A stretch of 64,000 nucleotides of DNA from an uncultured Alphaproteobacteria bacterium (lineage in GTDB: Bacteria > Pseudomonadota > Alphaproteobacteria > Caulobacterales > Caulobacteraceae). The position numbers and the translations under genes are program-made. The first letter of the stretch is position 1. Each line of letters starts with the position of its first letter. The notes beneath the pieces are model-generated. The model had not been told where the DNA came from, made no database searches, and was given only the letters and a program-made list of their open reading frames with translations. Below, piece by piece: positions 32,504-42,785 of the stretch. The stretch spans positions 9,423 to 73,422 of the forward strand of contig CAVRED010000010.1 in the NCBI GenBank assembly GCA_963719975.1, given 5' to 3'.

Positions 32504-33295
32504 TCAGCCGATCACGAACGCGGGGCCGTTCGAGCCCTGGACGGTCACCGGGCCTGGGCCGAAGTCGAACGCGGCCAGTCCCTCGCGCAGCGCCGCTTCG
32601 CGCCGCCGCAGCAGCCCCTGTGAGATCGCAAGCCCCAGCAGGGCCCGGTGATGGCCCTCGTCATAGGCGTTCTTGCCGTGACTGACGTAGACGTAGAGGT
32701 GCGGCGCATCGTCGAGCAGGTGGAAGCGCCCGCGCGCCTGCAGCTGCTCGAGCACCGCCATGTCTTCGCCGCGCTCAGCGGTCGCGCCCGTCTCCGGATA
32801 GACGATAGGCGCGGAGCGCCAGCACAGCAGCGATGGCGGCAATCCGCCCGCGTCGGTCACTTGCCAGTTCGTACAATAGAGCCGCCGCTCGGCCGGAAAG
32901 AGCTGCATCACTTGCGTCAGGCAAAGGCCTTCCGCGCCGGCCTCGACGAGGGCCTCGACCTGACGCGTGACCCGTTCGGGATGGCGCATGTCGTCGTCGT
33001 CCCAGATGCAGACGAGATCGCCCTTCGCCTCCGCCAGGCTCACGTTGCGCAGAGCGCCGAGAGACATCGCCCGCGCCGGCGCGATTACGTGGATGTCCGA
33101 GCGACCGAGGCCGCTCACGTAATCCTCGATCGCCGAGCCCGTGCCGCCTTGGACGCGGGTGTCCACCACAATGACGAGCTCGCGCCGCTCGTGGGTCTGG
33201 CGAAGGTAGTCGTCGACGCTCCGCACCAGCCCGGCCCATCGATCAGGAACGGGCAAGGTGACCATCAGGCAGCTGACGAGGGGGACTTCAGCCAA
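32504..33295 (-). CDS. Glycosyltransferase family 2 (GT-A)
   Basis: LVSCLMVT, YLRQTHERRELVIV, LGALRN, WDDDD, RGED. Confidence 0.88.
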   Translation of the reverse strand: MAEVPLVSCLMVTLPVPDRWAGLVRSVDDYLRQTHERRELVIVVDTRVQGGTGSAIEDYVSGLGRSDIHVIAPARAMSLGALRNVSLAEAKGDLVCIWDDDDMRHPERVTRQVEALVEAGAEGLCLTQVMQLFPAERRLYCTNWQVTDAGGLPPSLLCWRSAPIVYPETGATAERGEDMAVLEQLQARGRFHLLDDAPHLYVYVSHGKNAYDEGHHRALLGLAISQGLLRRREAALREGLAAFDFGPGPVTVQGSNGPAFVIG

Positions 33296-34101
33296 GGTCG
33301 GTCTGCGCTCCGGCGAGGACGAAGGCCGGTCCGTTCGAGCCTTGCACAGTGATGGGGTCCGGCCCGAAGTCGATGGCGGCCAGACCGGCGCGCAACTCAG
33401 CCTCGCGGCGGCGGAGCAGCCCCTGGGTCAGGCCGTGCCGGTAGGGCAGCACGCGATGGTGCGCGTCACTCCAACTGTTCGCGCCGTGGCTCACGTAGAC
33501 GTAGAGATGCGCGTGGTCCGAGAGGACCGCAAAGCCGCCTCGCGCCTTCACCTGCAGCACGACCTCGGTGTCTTCGCCCAGCCGGGCCGCCGCGCCGCTC
33601 TCGGGATAGGTCAGCGCCGTGCTAGCCCAGCCCATGATCGAGCCGGCGAAAGCGCCCTCGGGCGCGTTGCGAAAGTTGTCGCAATAGAGCTCCCGCTCGG
33701 CGGGGAAGAACTGCATGACCTGCTCAAGGCCGATCGCCTCGGCGCCGGACGCGACGAGCGCCCTCGCCTGCCGCTCAAGGCGATCTGGATGATAGAGGTC
33801 GTCGTCGTCCCACTGGCAGACGATTTCTCCCAGCCGCCTCGACCTTGGCGATGTTGCGGAGCGCGCCCAGCGTCAGCGCGCCGGCCGGCTCGACGATGCG
33901 GATATCCGGCCGGCCGAGCTCGGCCACATGGCGCTTGATTGCAGCGGCGACGGCCGCGTCGCCGCCGTTCAGCACGACTACCAGTTCGCGCGCGGTCCAG
34001 GTTTGTCGCAGATAGTCGGAGATGCTCCGCTGCAGCCCCGCAAGGCGCGGGAGCGCCGGCAAGGCGACCATCAAACAGCTGATCAGCGGCTGGTCGGGCA
34101 T
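33288..34101 (-). CDS. Glycosyltransferase family 2, tandem paralog (frameshifted)
   Basis: LISCLMVA, LGALRN, QWDDDD, HLYVYVSHG; C-terminus DFGPDPITVQGSNGPAFV nearly identical to the neighbour. Confidence 0.85.
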
Positions 34102-34412
34102 GGTGCGGCCTATGGCGTCAACGACAATCAATGCCCATGCCTGCCTCACTGCAACGCTGGCAAGGCCCTTGGGTCCTAGATCTTGCGCTCCTGCCGACGG
34201 CAAGAACGTCGCCTGCACCGGGAGCGCCGCGAAATGGGCGGCGCAGGTCAACGTCCGCTCTCCGTCGGAGGCGGACATCGGCTGGTCGCCCGAGAGCGGA
34301 CATCTGCCAACTCGGCCGTGGCCCGCGTTCGACGGCCTAGCTCCCTTGCTCTTCCAAGTTCACGGTAGCTAACCTTAGTTAGGCGCCTGTCCAGCGCCCT
34401 GGCGAACGGGCG

Positions 34413-34841
34413 ATGATGCGAACGTCTCGGTGCTCTTGCGGCGAATGTAAGGTTGAGGTCGAGGGCGACCCCACTTTGAACGGGCTATGCAACTGCGACG
34501 ACTGCAGGCGACGGACGGGCGCACCGTTCAGCTGGTCCGTCTACTTCCCCAACGACGCAATTCGCAAGATCGAGGGGCCCTTGACGACGCGCGTGGTCGA
34601 GTCGACCAACCCGCAGACGAGCAGGCGCTTCTGCGCAAAGTGCGGCTCGACGCTGTTCTGGACAGCGGACGGCGCCGCTGAGACGGGCTTCGCAGCGGGT
34701 TGCTTCAACGATCCGACGCTGCCCGCTCCCAGCGTCGTCGTGCGATATCCCCAACGGATGCCCTGGGCGGTCTTCCCCGCGGAGTGCGAAATCGTCGACA
34801 TCGAACGTCTCTTGCAGACGCGAGCCAGCGGTTCGCGCTAG
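34413..34841 (+). CDS. GFA/CENP-V family protein
   Basis: CSCG...CNCDDCRRRTG...RRFCAKCGSTLFW. Confidence 0.9.
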   Translation: MMRTSRCSCGECKVEVEGDPTLNGLCNCDDCRRRTGAPFSWSVYFPNDAIRKIEGPLTTRVVESTNPQTSRRFCAKCGSTLFWTADGAAETGFAAGCFNDPTLPAPSVVVRYPQRMPWAVFPAECEIVDIERLLQTRASGSR

Positions 34842-35159
34842 TCCGCGCCGCTAGCCATGGCTGAGCTCGCGATATCCGGCAAACGCCCGTAGAATATCGG
34901 GCTCGTGACCCGAACGCGCGCGGCGCTGCCGATGCTCCATCCTGCTTGACCAGGCTGATGACGCGTTCTTGCGGGAGCATCCCGCGGCGCCTCGAGATCG
35001 CCAGCCGTCTGGTCGCTCTATAGGCGATTGCGGTCTTCACGCCGATGGCCCTGCGCTACGGCGCCGACCGGCGCGGCGAAAGCAACGGCGGAGAAGCTCC
35101 CGGCCGTTCAGTCCGTGCGCCCTGTCAATGCGTTCCAGGCCGCAAGGGAGTCCATGTAG

Positions 35160-35373
35160 TCTCTCCAGTGCGTGATCTTTCGGGGCCATCAGGTCGGCGC
35201 GTCGCTCGATACGAGCGAGGCCAACCAGGAAAGTCGTAAAGCACTTCGTAGATGACGTCGTCGGTGATGATGTCGAAGAAATGCTCGCCATCGACGAGGT
35301 CGCCTAGCGCCCCTCGAACGAGATCGAAATAGGGGGAGGCCGCCTCGTAGGCAGCGTATCTCGGACTTGGCAT
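35160..35373 (-). pseudogene. Truncated SnoaL/NTF2-like protein
   Basis: MPSPRYAAYEAASPYFDLVRGALGDLVDGEHFFDIITDDVIYEVLYDFPGWPR, after which similarity is lost. Confidence 0.55.
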
Positions 35374-35390
35374 CGTGAACTCGCCATGCG

Positions 35391-35684
35391 CTAGAGTTCG
35401 ACCATGATGCGGTCGATGTTCCGATCGCCGCGTTTGTAGCCCGGTCGGGGCGCGGCCGACTGATCCGGGCTGATGTGCGCAGCGGCCCGCTCGTCCAACC
35501 GGATCAATCTCCACCCGCCGCGGTCGCGCTTGGCGCTGGCGCCAACCTGCCAACAACGCATGATCGGGTGGCCTTCGCGGCTGTAGCCGACCGCGTGAAC
35601 CTCCAGGAAGCGACTGAGCCCGTCATAGCGAAGCTCCAGCACCTTCCCCTGGCGAAGGGCGTCCTTGGCGGCATCGATCAGCAT
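35391..35684 (-). CDS. Stand-alone WYL-like domain protein
   Basis: ALRQGKVLELRYDG.SRFLEVHAVG...RCWQ...GWRLIRLD. Confidence 0.7.
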   Translation of the reverse strand: MLIDAAKDALRQGKVLELRYDGLSRFLEVHAVGYSREGHPIMRCWQVGASAKRDRGGWRLIRLDERAAAHISPDQSAAPRPGYKRGDRNIDRIMVEL

Positions 35685-35726
35685 GTCCCGACGCTACACG
35701 CGAACTTCGATCTCTCCAATGTCAGG

Positions 35727-36440
35727 TCACGCCCCTTCGCCGATCTCGACGCCATCGCCGCTCAATCGTCGAACTAGTGTGCAGATGTGCGCCAGCTGTT
35801 GGGCAAGACTCGGAGGCGCAGGAAATGCGGCATCCAGCGCCGCAGTGCCCACCGTAAAACCGGCTACGCCGGCCGCAGCAGCTGTGGCGATCCTTTCGTC
35901 GCGGTCGATCGATCCCGCGACAATGACGGGTTTGCCTCCGGCTGAGCGCAGGATCTCGCGGATCAGCGCCAGCGCGTCGCCCGTAAACCGGTAGGCGAGA
36001 AGGTCTAGCCCATGCACGCCATCGCGGGCCGCCAACGCGCGGGCGCTGCTCGCGATCGTCTCGATGTCGCCAACAAGCCGGCTTGGGTGGCCGAGGACCT
36101 CGCCAGGGAATGGGAAGTAGCGGATCGCGCTGCCGGCGATGATCGGTTCGACCATGGCCGGCCGCATGCCGCCCATAAGCACGTCCACGCCGAACTCAAC
36201 TCCCGCCCGCGCCGCGGCTGCCTCCGCCTCTGCATCCAGGCTCACCATTTCCAGGTAGACGACGCCGCCGCCCGCGTGAATGTCGGCGGCAAGCGCCCTC
36301 AGCTCGGAGAGCGGCAGACCGACGTCCTTGAAGCCGATGTGCCGAACCCCGGCCGCCAGGGCCTCCGGCAGCCGCGCGCGTGCGTCGGCGATCGTGGAAT
36401 CGCCGCGGGTGAGCATGAAAATGAAGTCGGGCGCCGCCAT
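35727..36440 (-). CDS. TIM-barrel (HisA/ribulose-phosphate-binding-like) protein
   Basis: [43 protein letters not shown]. Confidence 0.7.
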   Translation of the reverse strand: MAAPDFIFMLTRGDSTIADARARLPEALAAGVRHIGFKDVGLPLSELRALAADIHAGGGVVYLEMVSLDAEAEAAAARAGVEFGVDVLMGGMRPAMVEPIIAGSAIRYFPFPGEVLGHPSRLVGDIETIASSARALAARDGVHGLDLLAYRFTGDALALIREILRSAGGKPVIVAGSIDRDERIATAAAAGVAGFTVGTAALDAAFPAPPSLAQQLAHICTLVRRLSGDGVEIGEGA

Positions 36441-36857
36441 CGTACGTCGAGACTACGCTCGTCCTTTGCGGCGCGCATGGCCTGCCTCGACGTCGCGGAC
36501 GGCCGGACGCCTTCGAACAGGTTCCCTGCGGCTCAGCGAAGCGGCTTGATAATGGCCACGCACTTCCAACCGGGTTTGCCGGTCGGAAGGCTGATCCAGC
36601 GCGGTCGGAACGGCCATTTGCAGTGGACCCAGTGCGGCGGCTTGCGTGGCTGGGCGGTGGCCGGCGCATCGACGAGACAGGTCAGGCTCGCGGCCAGGAT
36701 CGAAGCGGCGAGTCCGGCGACGCACAGTTTCACGGCTGCTCTCCCGCATCGACGACGGCGCGAGTTGATTTCACGCGGCTCGCGCCTGCTTTTCCAGCAT
36801 AATCGCCCCGCAGCCGCGGCCCATAAGGGGATCGGCCTTGAACGCCGGAGCAAACGC

Positions 36858-37100
36858 ATGAGCGTGTCCAGCAAACCCGAGCCGATCATGAAGGTCGAGG
36901 TCGTGACGCCGGAGGACTACGTCGCCGACGTCATCGGCGACCTAAAGAGCCGCCACGGCGACGTCCAGCGCACCGACCAGCGAGACAACGCCCAGGTGAT
37001 TCACGCGCTCGTACCGCTGGCGAACATGTTGGGCTACGTCGCGACCCTGCGCTCGATGACCCAGGGCCGAGCCAGCTTCACGATGCAATACGACCGCTAG
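36858..37100 (+). CDS. Stand-alone EF-G C-terminal domain (domain V) protein
   Basis: GGAG RBS plus ATG; [22 protein letters not shown]...[28 protein letters not shown]. Confidence 0.8.
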   Translation: MSVSSKPEPIMKVEVVTPEDYVADVIGDLKSRHGDVQRTDQRDNAQVIHALVPLANMLGYVATLRSMTQGRASFTMQYDR

Positions 37101-37395
37101 GCTCCACAGTCGGCTCCGCCCGTTGGTCCACCGGCGCATCATAGAACCCCGGCACCGACGACGTGCGGGGGGAGTGACTCGAACCAGGTCCTGAACTCGC
37201 AATAACAGAGGCATTGGCGAATTTGCTTGCGACGATTAGTCGGAACCCGGTCCGCCCATTCGTCCATACTGGAGGCAGGGCGACCGATCCGCCGCGAAGG
37301 CTGTATGAGGCGCACGGACGCGGCGCTCGGTCTCCACCCCGACGCGACGACGACCGGTCCGGGGCCGCGTGCAGTCATCCATCTGGAGCCTTCCC

Positions 37396-38058
37396 ATGAC
37401 CCCCACCATCACCGCGTTTGAGCGATCGCCCGATCGAGGCAGGGGACTGGCGCGTGACATGCGCGTTCGCTGGGCGCTCGAAGAGGCGGGCCAGCCTTAC
37501 GAGGTTCGTCTCGTTTCGTTCGGCGAGATGAAGGAACCGGCGCATCGGGCGCTGCATCCCTTCGGGCAGATTCCGACCTATGAAGACGGCGACCTCGTCC
37601 TGTTCGAATCGGGCGCGATCGTTTTCCATATCGCCGAGCGCCACGCGGGCCTGCTGCCAGAAGATGCGAACGCCCGGGCGCGCGCGATCACGTGGATGTT
37701 TGCCGCGCTCAGCACGGTGGAGCCGCCGATCGTCGAGCTCGGAACCGCCGCCCTCCTCGAGCGTGACAAGGCGTGGTACGCGGAGCGCCTGCCGATCCTC
37801 GAAGGTCGCGTCCGCGCGCGGCTGGACGAGCTTTCCAGCAGACTCGGCGAAGCGGACTGGCTCGATGAGGCGTTCAGCGCCGGCGACCTCTTGATGGTGA
37901 CGGTGCTGCGCAGGTTGAACGGTTCGGGCATCGTTGAGGCCTATCCGAACCTCTCCGCCTATGTCGCCCGCGGCGAAGCGCGGCCCGCCTACAAGCGCGC
38001 ATTCGAAGCTCAATTGGCGGTCTTCACCGGCGCCGCGCCGCCCGCAGTGGGCGCCTAG
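37396..38058 (+). CDS. Glutathione S-transferase
   Basis: RDMRVRWALEE, HPFGQIP, LFESGAI, FSAGDLL. Confidence 0.93.
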   Translation: MTPTITAFERSPDRGRGLARDMRVRWALEEAGQPYEVRLVSFGEMKEPAHRALHPFGQIPTYEDGDLVLFESGAIVFHIAERHAGLLPEDANARARAITWMFAALSTVEPPIVELGTAALLERDKAWYAERLPILEGRVRARLDELSSRLGEADWLDEAFSAGDLLMVTVLRRLNGSGIVEAYPNLSAYVARGEARPAYKRAFEAQLAVFTGAAPPAVGA

Positions 38059-38126
38059 CGCTCCAAGCTCAGGCCTCGCCTAAGGCCGTCACGGCAGGCT
38101 AGTTGTTTCTCGCACGAGGAGACGCG

Positions 38127-39469
38127 GTGGACTATGACGTTGTCATCGTGGGCGCGGGGTCGGCGGGCGCTGTGCTCGCCGCGCGGCTGTCGGCCAACCC
38201 GGCGCTGCAGGTGGCGTTGATCGAAGCCGGTCCGGACTATGGGTCGGCCGAAACGCCCGACGCGATGCGCAGCGCCAACCCGAACGAGATCATCGTCGGC
38301 GAAGCCCACGCGCGTTATCGCTGGGACGCGCTGAAGGCCAGGCGGACCGCGGCGCAGACGCCGCGCACCTATTGGCGGGGCCGGGGCGTTGGCGGCAGCT
38401 CGGCCATCAACGGCCAGATCGCCATCCGCGGCGTGCCCGAGGACTTCGATGGCTGGGCGGCTGCTGGGTGCGCAGGCTGGTCGTTCGCCGAGGTGCTGCC
38501 GGCGTTCAACCGGCTGGAGACTGACCTTAGGTTCGGCGCCGCCGACTATCACGGCGATGCCGGGCCGATCCCCGTCTATCGCGCGCCGGTCTCCAAGTGG
38601 GGGGCCGTGGACCAGGCGCTGGCGGAGGCCGCGCTGGACGCGGGGTATCCCTGGGAGGCGGACCACAACGCGCCGGGGACGACCGGCGTTTCGCCCTACG
38701 CCATCAACAGCCGCGACGGCGTGCGCGTCAGCACCAACGACGCCTACCTGGAGCCCAGCCGCGGGCGCAACAACCTGGCCATCTTCGGCGACGCGCTGGT
38801 GGACCGCGTGCTGTTCGAGGGCGAACGCGCCATCGGCGTGCGGGCGCACATCGGCGACCGCTGGCTCGAGGTGAGCGGCGGGGAGGTGATCCTATCGGCC
38901 GGCGCCGTCGGCTCTCCGGCCATCCTGCTGCGTTCAGGGGTCGGGCCGGCGGAGCACCTCGCCGAACACGGGATCGCCGTGAAGGCGCCGCTGCCGGTTG
39001 GCGAGGCGTTCCAGGACCACCCCGCCATCTTCCTGCCCCTCCGTTTGGAGCCGTTCGCCCAGCCGCCGGCGGGCTTTCGCCACACCAACGCCTGCGTCCG
39101 CTATTCGTCTGGCCTGGCCGGAGCCGGGCCGAACGACATGATGATGGTGGCGATGAACCGCTTCGGCGACAGCCTCGGCCAGCACATGGCCGGCGCGGTG
39201 GACGAGCCGGTGTTCGGCCTGCTCGGCGTCTGGGTGAACGAGTGCGTCTCGCGCGGCACGGTGCGGGGGACGCCCAGCATGCGACAAGCACCTGCCGCAT
39301 GGGCGATCCGACCGAGCCCACGACGGTGGTTGATCCCGACTGTCGGGTCCTGGGGCTCGAGGGCCTGCGCGTGATCGACGCCTCGGTGATGCCCTCGGTC
39401 GTGCGCGCCAACACCCACCTGACCACCGTCATGATCGCAGAGCACATGGCCGAGCGGCTGTTGGTTTGA
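38127..39469 (+). pseudogene. GMC oxidoreductase (choline dehydrogenase-like) with internal deletion and frameshift near 39270
   Basis: GAGSAG, GGSSAING, LLRSGVG; SRGTVR is joined directly to DAQHATSTCRMG, so the intervening segment is missing. Confidence 0.75.
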
Positions 39470-39624
39470 ACGCGAGGCGCGCCGGGCCGCAAGCTGACGC
39501 GCAGCGCCTTTCCCTTGCCGCCCGCACTGCGGACTATCCGACCTTCGGCCGCTCTGTTTTGCTGGCCACAGCCAAGAGCGCCTGAGCAGCCCGCGGTCTA
39601 ACGGTCTCGGGCGGAAAGCGCTAC

Positions 39625-40179
39625 GTGTGGTGCGGGGGAGAGGAAGCCCGATTGGTTGAACCTGAGACTTTGTTCAAGCCGCAAGGCAACGCCGTTATCT
39701 ACTTTGCCTTCCACCTGCGGCGGCTGGGGATTGAGAGGGTGCTCGACCTCCGGGCCGCGCCCGACGGGGTCGAAGCGCGCGTCGTGCGTCCTCGTCGTCA
39801 AGCCGTGTTCCCGATCACATCCGACAATTGGTTTGATGAGACATGGTTCGCGAAGTCGATCCGCTCAACGGCGGAGCTTCTGGATGAGGACGAATTGGAC
39901 CGTGTGCTGGCGATGAAGGCCGACCGGCCGCCGGCGGGCGGAAGCTTCGAACCGCTCGTCGAGCGCCTCTGCTCCCATATTCAGCTGGTCATGCTCGAGC
40001 ATGTGCTCATGGAAGGGCCTGACGAACTCACGGAGTTGGAAACGCTTCTCGCGGGCATCGCGGGATTCTCACGAGTACTCGTTGAACCTGACAGCTACGA
40101 CGAATTTAAGGGCGTCGCACTGACCTACAGCGCGATCTACCTCTCCGCGCGCGCCCGAGTGCGCCGGAAGGTCCCGTGA
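39625..40179 (+). CDS. Hypothetical protein
   Basis: 184-aa ORF with protein-like composition; no recognised motif. Confidence 0.45.
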   Translation: MWCGGEEARLVEPETLFKPQGNAVIYFAFHLRRLGIERVLDLRAAPDGVEARVVRPRRQAVFPITSDNWFDETWFAKSIRSTAELLDEDELDRVLAMKADRPPAGGSFEPLVERLCSHIQLVMLEHVLMEGPDELTELETLLAGIAGFSRVLVEPDSYDEFKGVALTYSAIYLSARARVRRKVP

Positions 40180-40489
40180 AGCGCCCGGGGTCGAGGGAAG
40201 GCGAGCTCCACAGCATGCCCTCGCGACTGAGGTGCGTGAGGTCGCACACTCCGCCGGAAGCGGCGTTGGCCCAGTGCCGAGGTCTTGACGGCGATGGCGG
40301 TTGTCGGGTGTGGTCGCCCCTGCCCCGACATGCCGAGCGTGCGCGAGACAGTTCCCTTGCCGACTGTCCTTGAGGTTCTGCGGACGGCAAGCCGACTGCT
40401 CGGCTAGCCGCTGACGCTCGCGGCGCCCTGGTCGACCTTCCAGATGAAGTCCAGCACCCCTGCTGGACTCCCCGCCGGCAACGCACGAA

Positions 40490-40636
40490 CTCGCGCTTTG
40501 CGAAGAACGAGTCGGCGCCACGGCCATCGAGTACGGCCTCATCGTCGCCCTGATCGCGGTCGTGATCATCGGTGCGGTGACCGCAGTCGGCACCAACCTC
40601 TCGACCAAGTTCAACACGGTCGCCACGAGCATCTAA
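40490..40636 (+). pseudogene. flp: Flp/Fap type IVc pilin (PilA-like), frameshifted at the prepilin cleavage site
   Basis: RFAKNE(S)/GATAIEYGLIVALIAVVIIGAVTAVGTNLSTKFNTVATSI*. Confidence 0.85.
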
Positions 40637-40760
40637 CTCGCTCGCAGGCGAAGAGACAGAGAATCGGCCGCGCCTTCATCGCCGCGGCCTTTTCCATCCG
40701 GTGTCGTGACGCGGCGCGTAAAGAACCGCGGCTGGCGCCTGGCCGGAAAGGCATGCCGCA

Positions 40761-41082
40761 ATGCTCCATGAGAGCGCCCGACACCCGTTCGGAGATCCAC
40801 CGACTGGCCCAAGCGACCACCTGTCGGGCGGCCATCGCTGCGGTCGCGTCGAGCGCCGGGCGTACCGCCGCGCGCGGACTCTCGTCGTCAGCAAGATCGT
40901 CATCGCAGACGGCGTCTCTCTCGATCCGCGGCGCGCAGGTGCGTGTGCTTAGCGCTGTTGAGCTTCCACCCGCCTTTGGGCTCTTGCTGACGAGCAAAGG
41001 CTTGTTCTTTGGCGGCATGGGGACAAGCTCGGCCTTACCTTCAGTCGCCATCACGACCTTCACATGCATAGCGACCCGACCG
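40761..41082 (+). pseudogene. Degraded PilZ gene, paralog of 44281..44694
   Basis: Shared DNA tracts CGCGCGCGGACTCTCGTC, CGCGGCGCGCAGGTGCG, CTCTTGCTGACGAGC, GACAAGCTCGGCCT, CACGACCTTCAC, with two internal deletions. Confidence 0.8.
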
Positions 41083-41213
41083 ACAGCTGACGACCAGCTG
41101 AACACACCGGGTGGTGTCTGCTCGAGGTTCGGCGCCGCTCGAGAAGGGCGATTGCGGTAACCACCTAATCGCCTAGCGCATGCTAGATGGCGTCATCGCC
41201 CGGAGAGATCGCC

Positions 41214-41387
41214 ATGCCGGAACAAGCCTCAATCACTCTCACTCTGACACGAATCGAGGCTATCGCGCTCGAGCGGGCGGCCGACACTGGAGTGCGCGTC
41301 ATCGAGGCGCTGAACCTCCCCAACCGGACGACCGCCACCGAGACGGCGCTCACGCGACTGAGGTCCGCGATCAGCGGATCCTCCTGA
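41214..41387 (+). CDS. Small hypothetical protein
   Basis: GGAG RBS; MPEQASITLTLTRIEAIALERAADTGVRVIEALNL. Confidence 0.5.
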   Translation: MPEQASITLTLTRIEAIALERAADTGVRVIEALNLPNRTTATETALTRLRSAISGSS

Positions 41388-41623
41388 AGGGGCTGCATAG
41401 GCTAGGGGTTGCCCGCTCAGCCGGTCATTCAATGATCGACCCATGCCCGCGCGGCGCCAAATAGGGTCAGCAGCAACGTCAGCTCTGGTTCGTTTGCTGA
41501 CGTCGGCGGCGTCCACGAAAGCAGCGGACATTCCCGGTTAACCGCACCTCGAGAGAAATCCCGTGCGGGCGGAGTGGCCTTGCTATACCGGCAGTGTCTT
41601 GACTGAAGCTACGGAATGACCCG

Positions 41624-42089
41624 ATGGCCGAACCTGAAGACCAGCCCGCCTCGCTGACTGAACTCACAGCGGACATCGTTTCGGCCTATGTCACCAGACA
41701 CGGCGTGACGGCGGCCGACTTGCCCGCCCTTATCACGTCAGTCTTTGGAGCGCTCTCGGGTGTGGGGCCGGTCGAAGAGCCCGCAAAGACTCTCAGTTCC
41801 GGCCGTTCCAATCAAGAGATCCGTCACCAACGACGCGCTGATTTGCTTGGAGGATGGGCGGCCGTTCAAATCGTTGAAGCGTCACCTGCACAGCGCGCAC
41901 GGGCTGTCGCCGGAGGACTATCGCGCCCGATGGGGTTTGCAGAAGTCCTATCCTATCGTTGCGCCCGGCTACTCAGCGTCGCGCTCGAGGCTGGCCAAGC
42001 AAGCGGGCCTAGGGCAGGTCCACGGAACGAGGGCGAAGGCCAAGTCCTCCGCAGTGAAAACGCCAAAAGCCCGCGCAAAGCGTCGGTAG
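41624..42089 (+). CDS. mucR: MucR/Ros zinc-finger regulator (frameshift near 41795)
   Basis: LTELTADIVSAYV...DLPALITSVFGAL / PAVPIKRSVTNDALICLEDGRPFKSLKRHLHSAHGLSPEDYRARWGL..SYPIVAPGYS..RS.LAK.AGLG. Confidence 0.9.
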
Positions 42090-42262
42090 GGCGCACGGTC
42101 AGACTCAACATCAGCCATGTCCGCGCTTGATCGACGGGAGCGCCAGCTTTGGGTCGGACGCTGACGTTGGCCCAGAAAGCCGACCTTCTCTATCGCTAGC
42201 GGGCCTAGACGTGAGCTAGGCCCTACCGTCAGCGCGGTGGAGTTCCCGGCGCGCCAAGCGCC

Positions 42263-42538
42263 TCAGTCCTCTTCAGCGCGAGAACCGCTGAGGAAGGCGA
42301 AGTGGTCGAGCGAGCTGAGGTCGGCGGCGCGGCCCGGCGCGGCCCCGAGCCAGACGGCAAATTCATGGAAGTCAACTTCGATGCCCCGCAGCACATCGCC
42401 ACCGCGGATAACCTGAAGGGAGCGATCCTCAGCGAGGTGGCGCCAATCGTCGAACGTCGTTGGGAGGTTAGCGCCCAACAACCGCCTGAACCTTTCGAAG
42501 TCGTTGGGCGCGATGATCGGCAAATAGACTTTGGCCAT
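42263..42538 (-). CDS. Hypothetical protein
   Basis: MAKVYLPIIAPNDFERFRRLL...LPTTFDDW...IEVDFHEFAVW. Confidence 0.55.
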   Translation of the reverse strand: MAKVYLPIIAPNDFERFRRLLGANLPTTFDDWRHLAEDRSLQVIRGGDVLRGIEVDFHEFAVWLGAAPGRAADLSSLDHFAFLSGSRAEED

Positions 42539-42785
42539 GCGTTGCCCTTCCGCGGAGCCCACACCACGACGCTCGGAGCGGGCGGTGGCGCGATATATCA
42601 TCAACTGCCACAGACCCGACGCGGGGTCGTATCGGAGCGCCTGGTGGCTCGGTCCAAGCTCGGCGCAGGCGTGGCCGATGCGACCCGGGCTTATGCCTCC
42701 GGAGGACGTTGCGACGCGTTCGATTGTCAGAGGACGGTGTGAACCCTGATTTCCTCAGAAGAGGGCTCGATCATTGACGATAAAG

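Noticed and set aside
36012-36857. Upstream part of the 362-aa ORF as the rest of fusA
   Set aside because: No EF-G domain I-IV motifs; about half is antisense to the TIM-barrel gene
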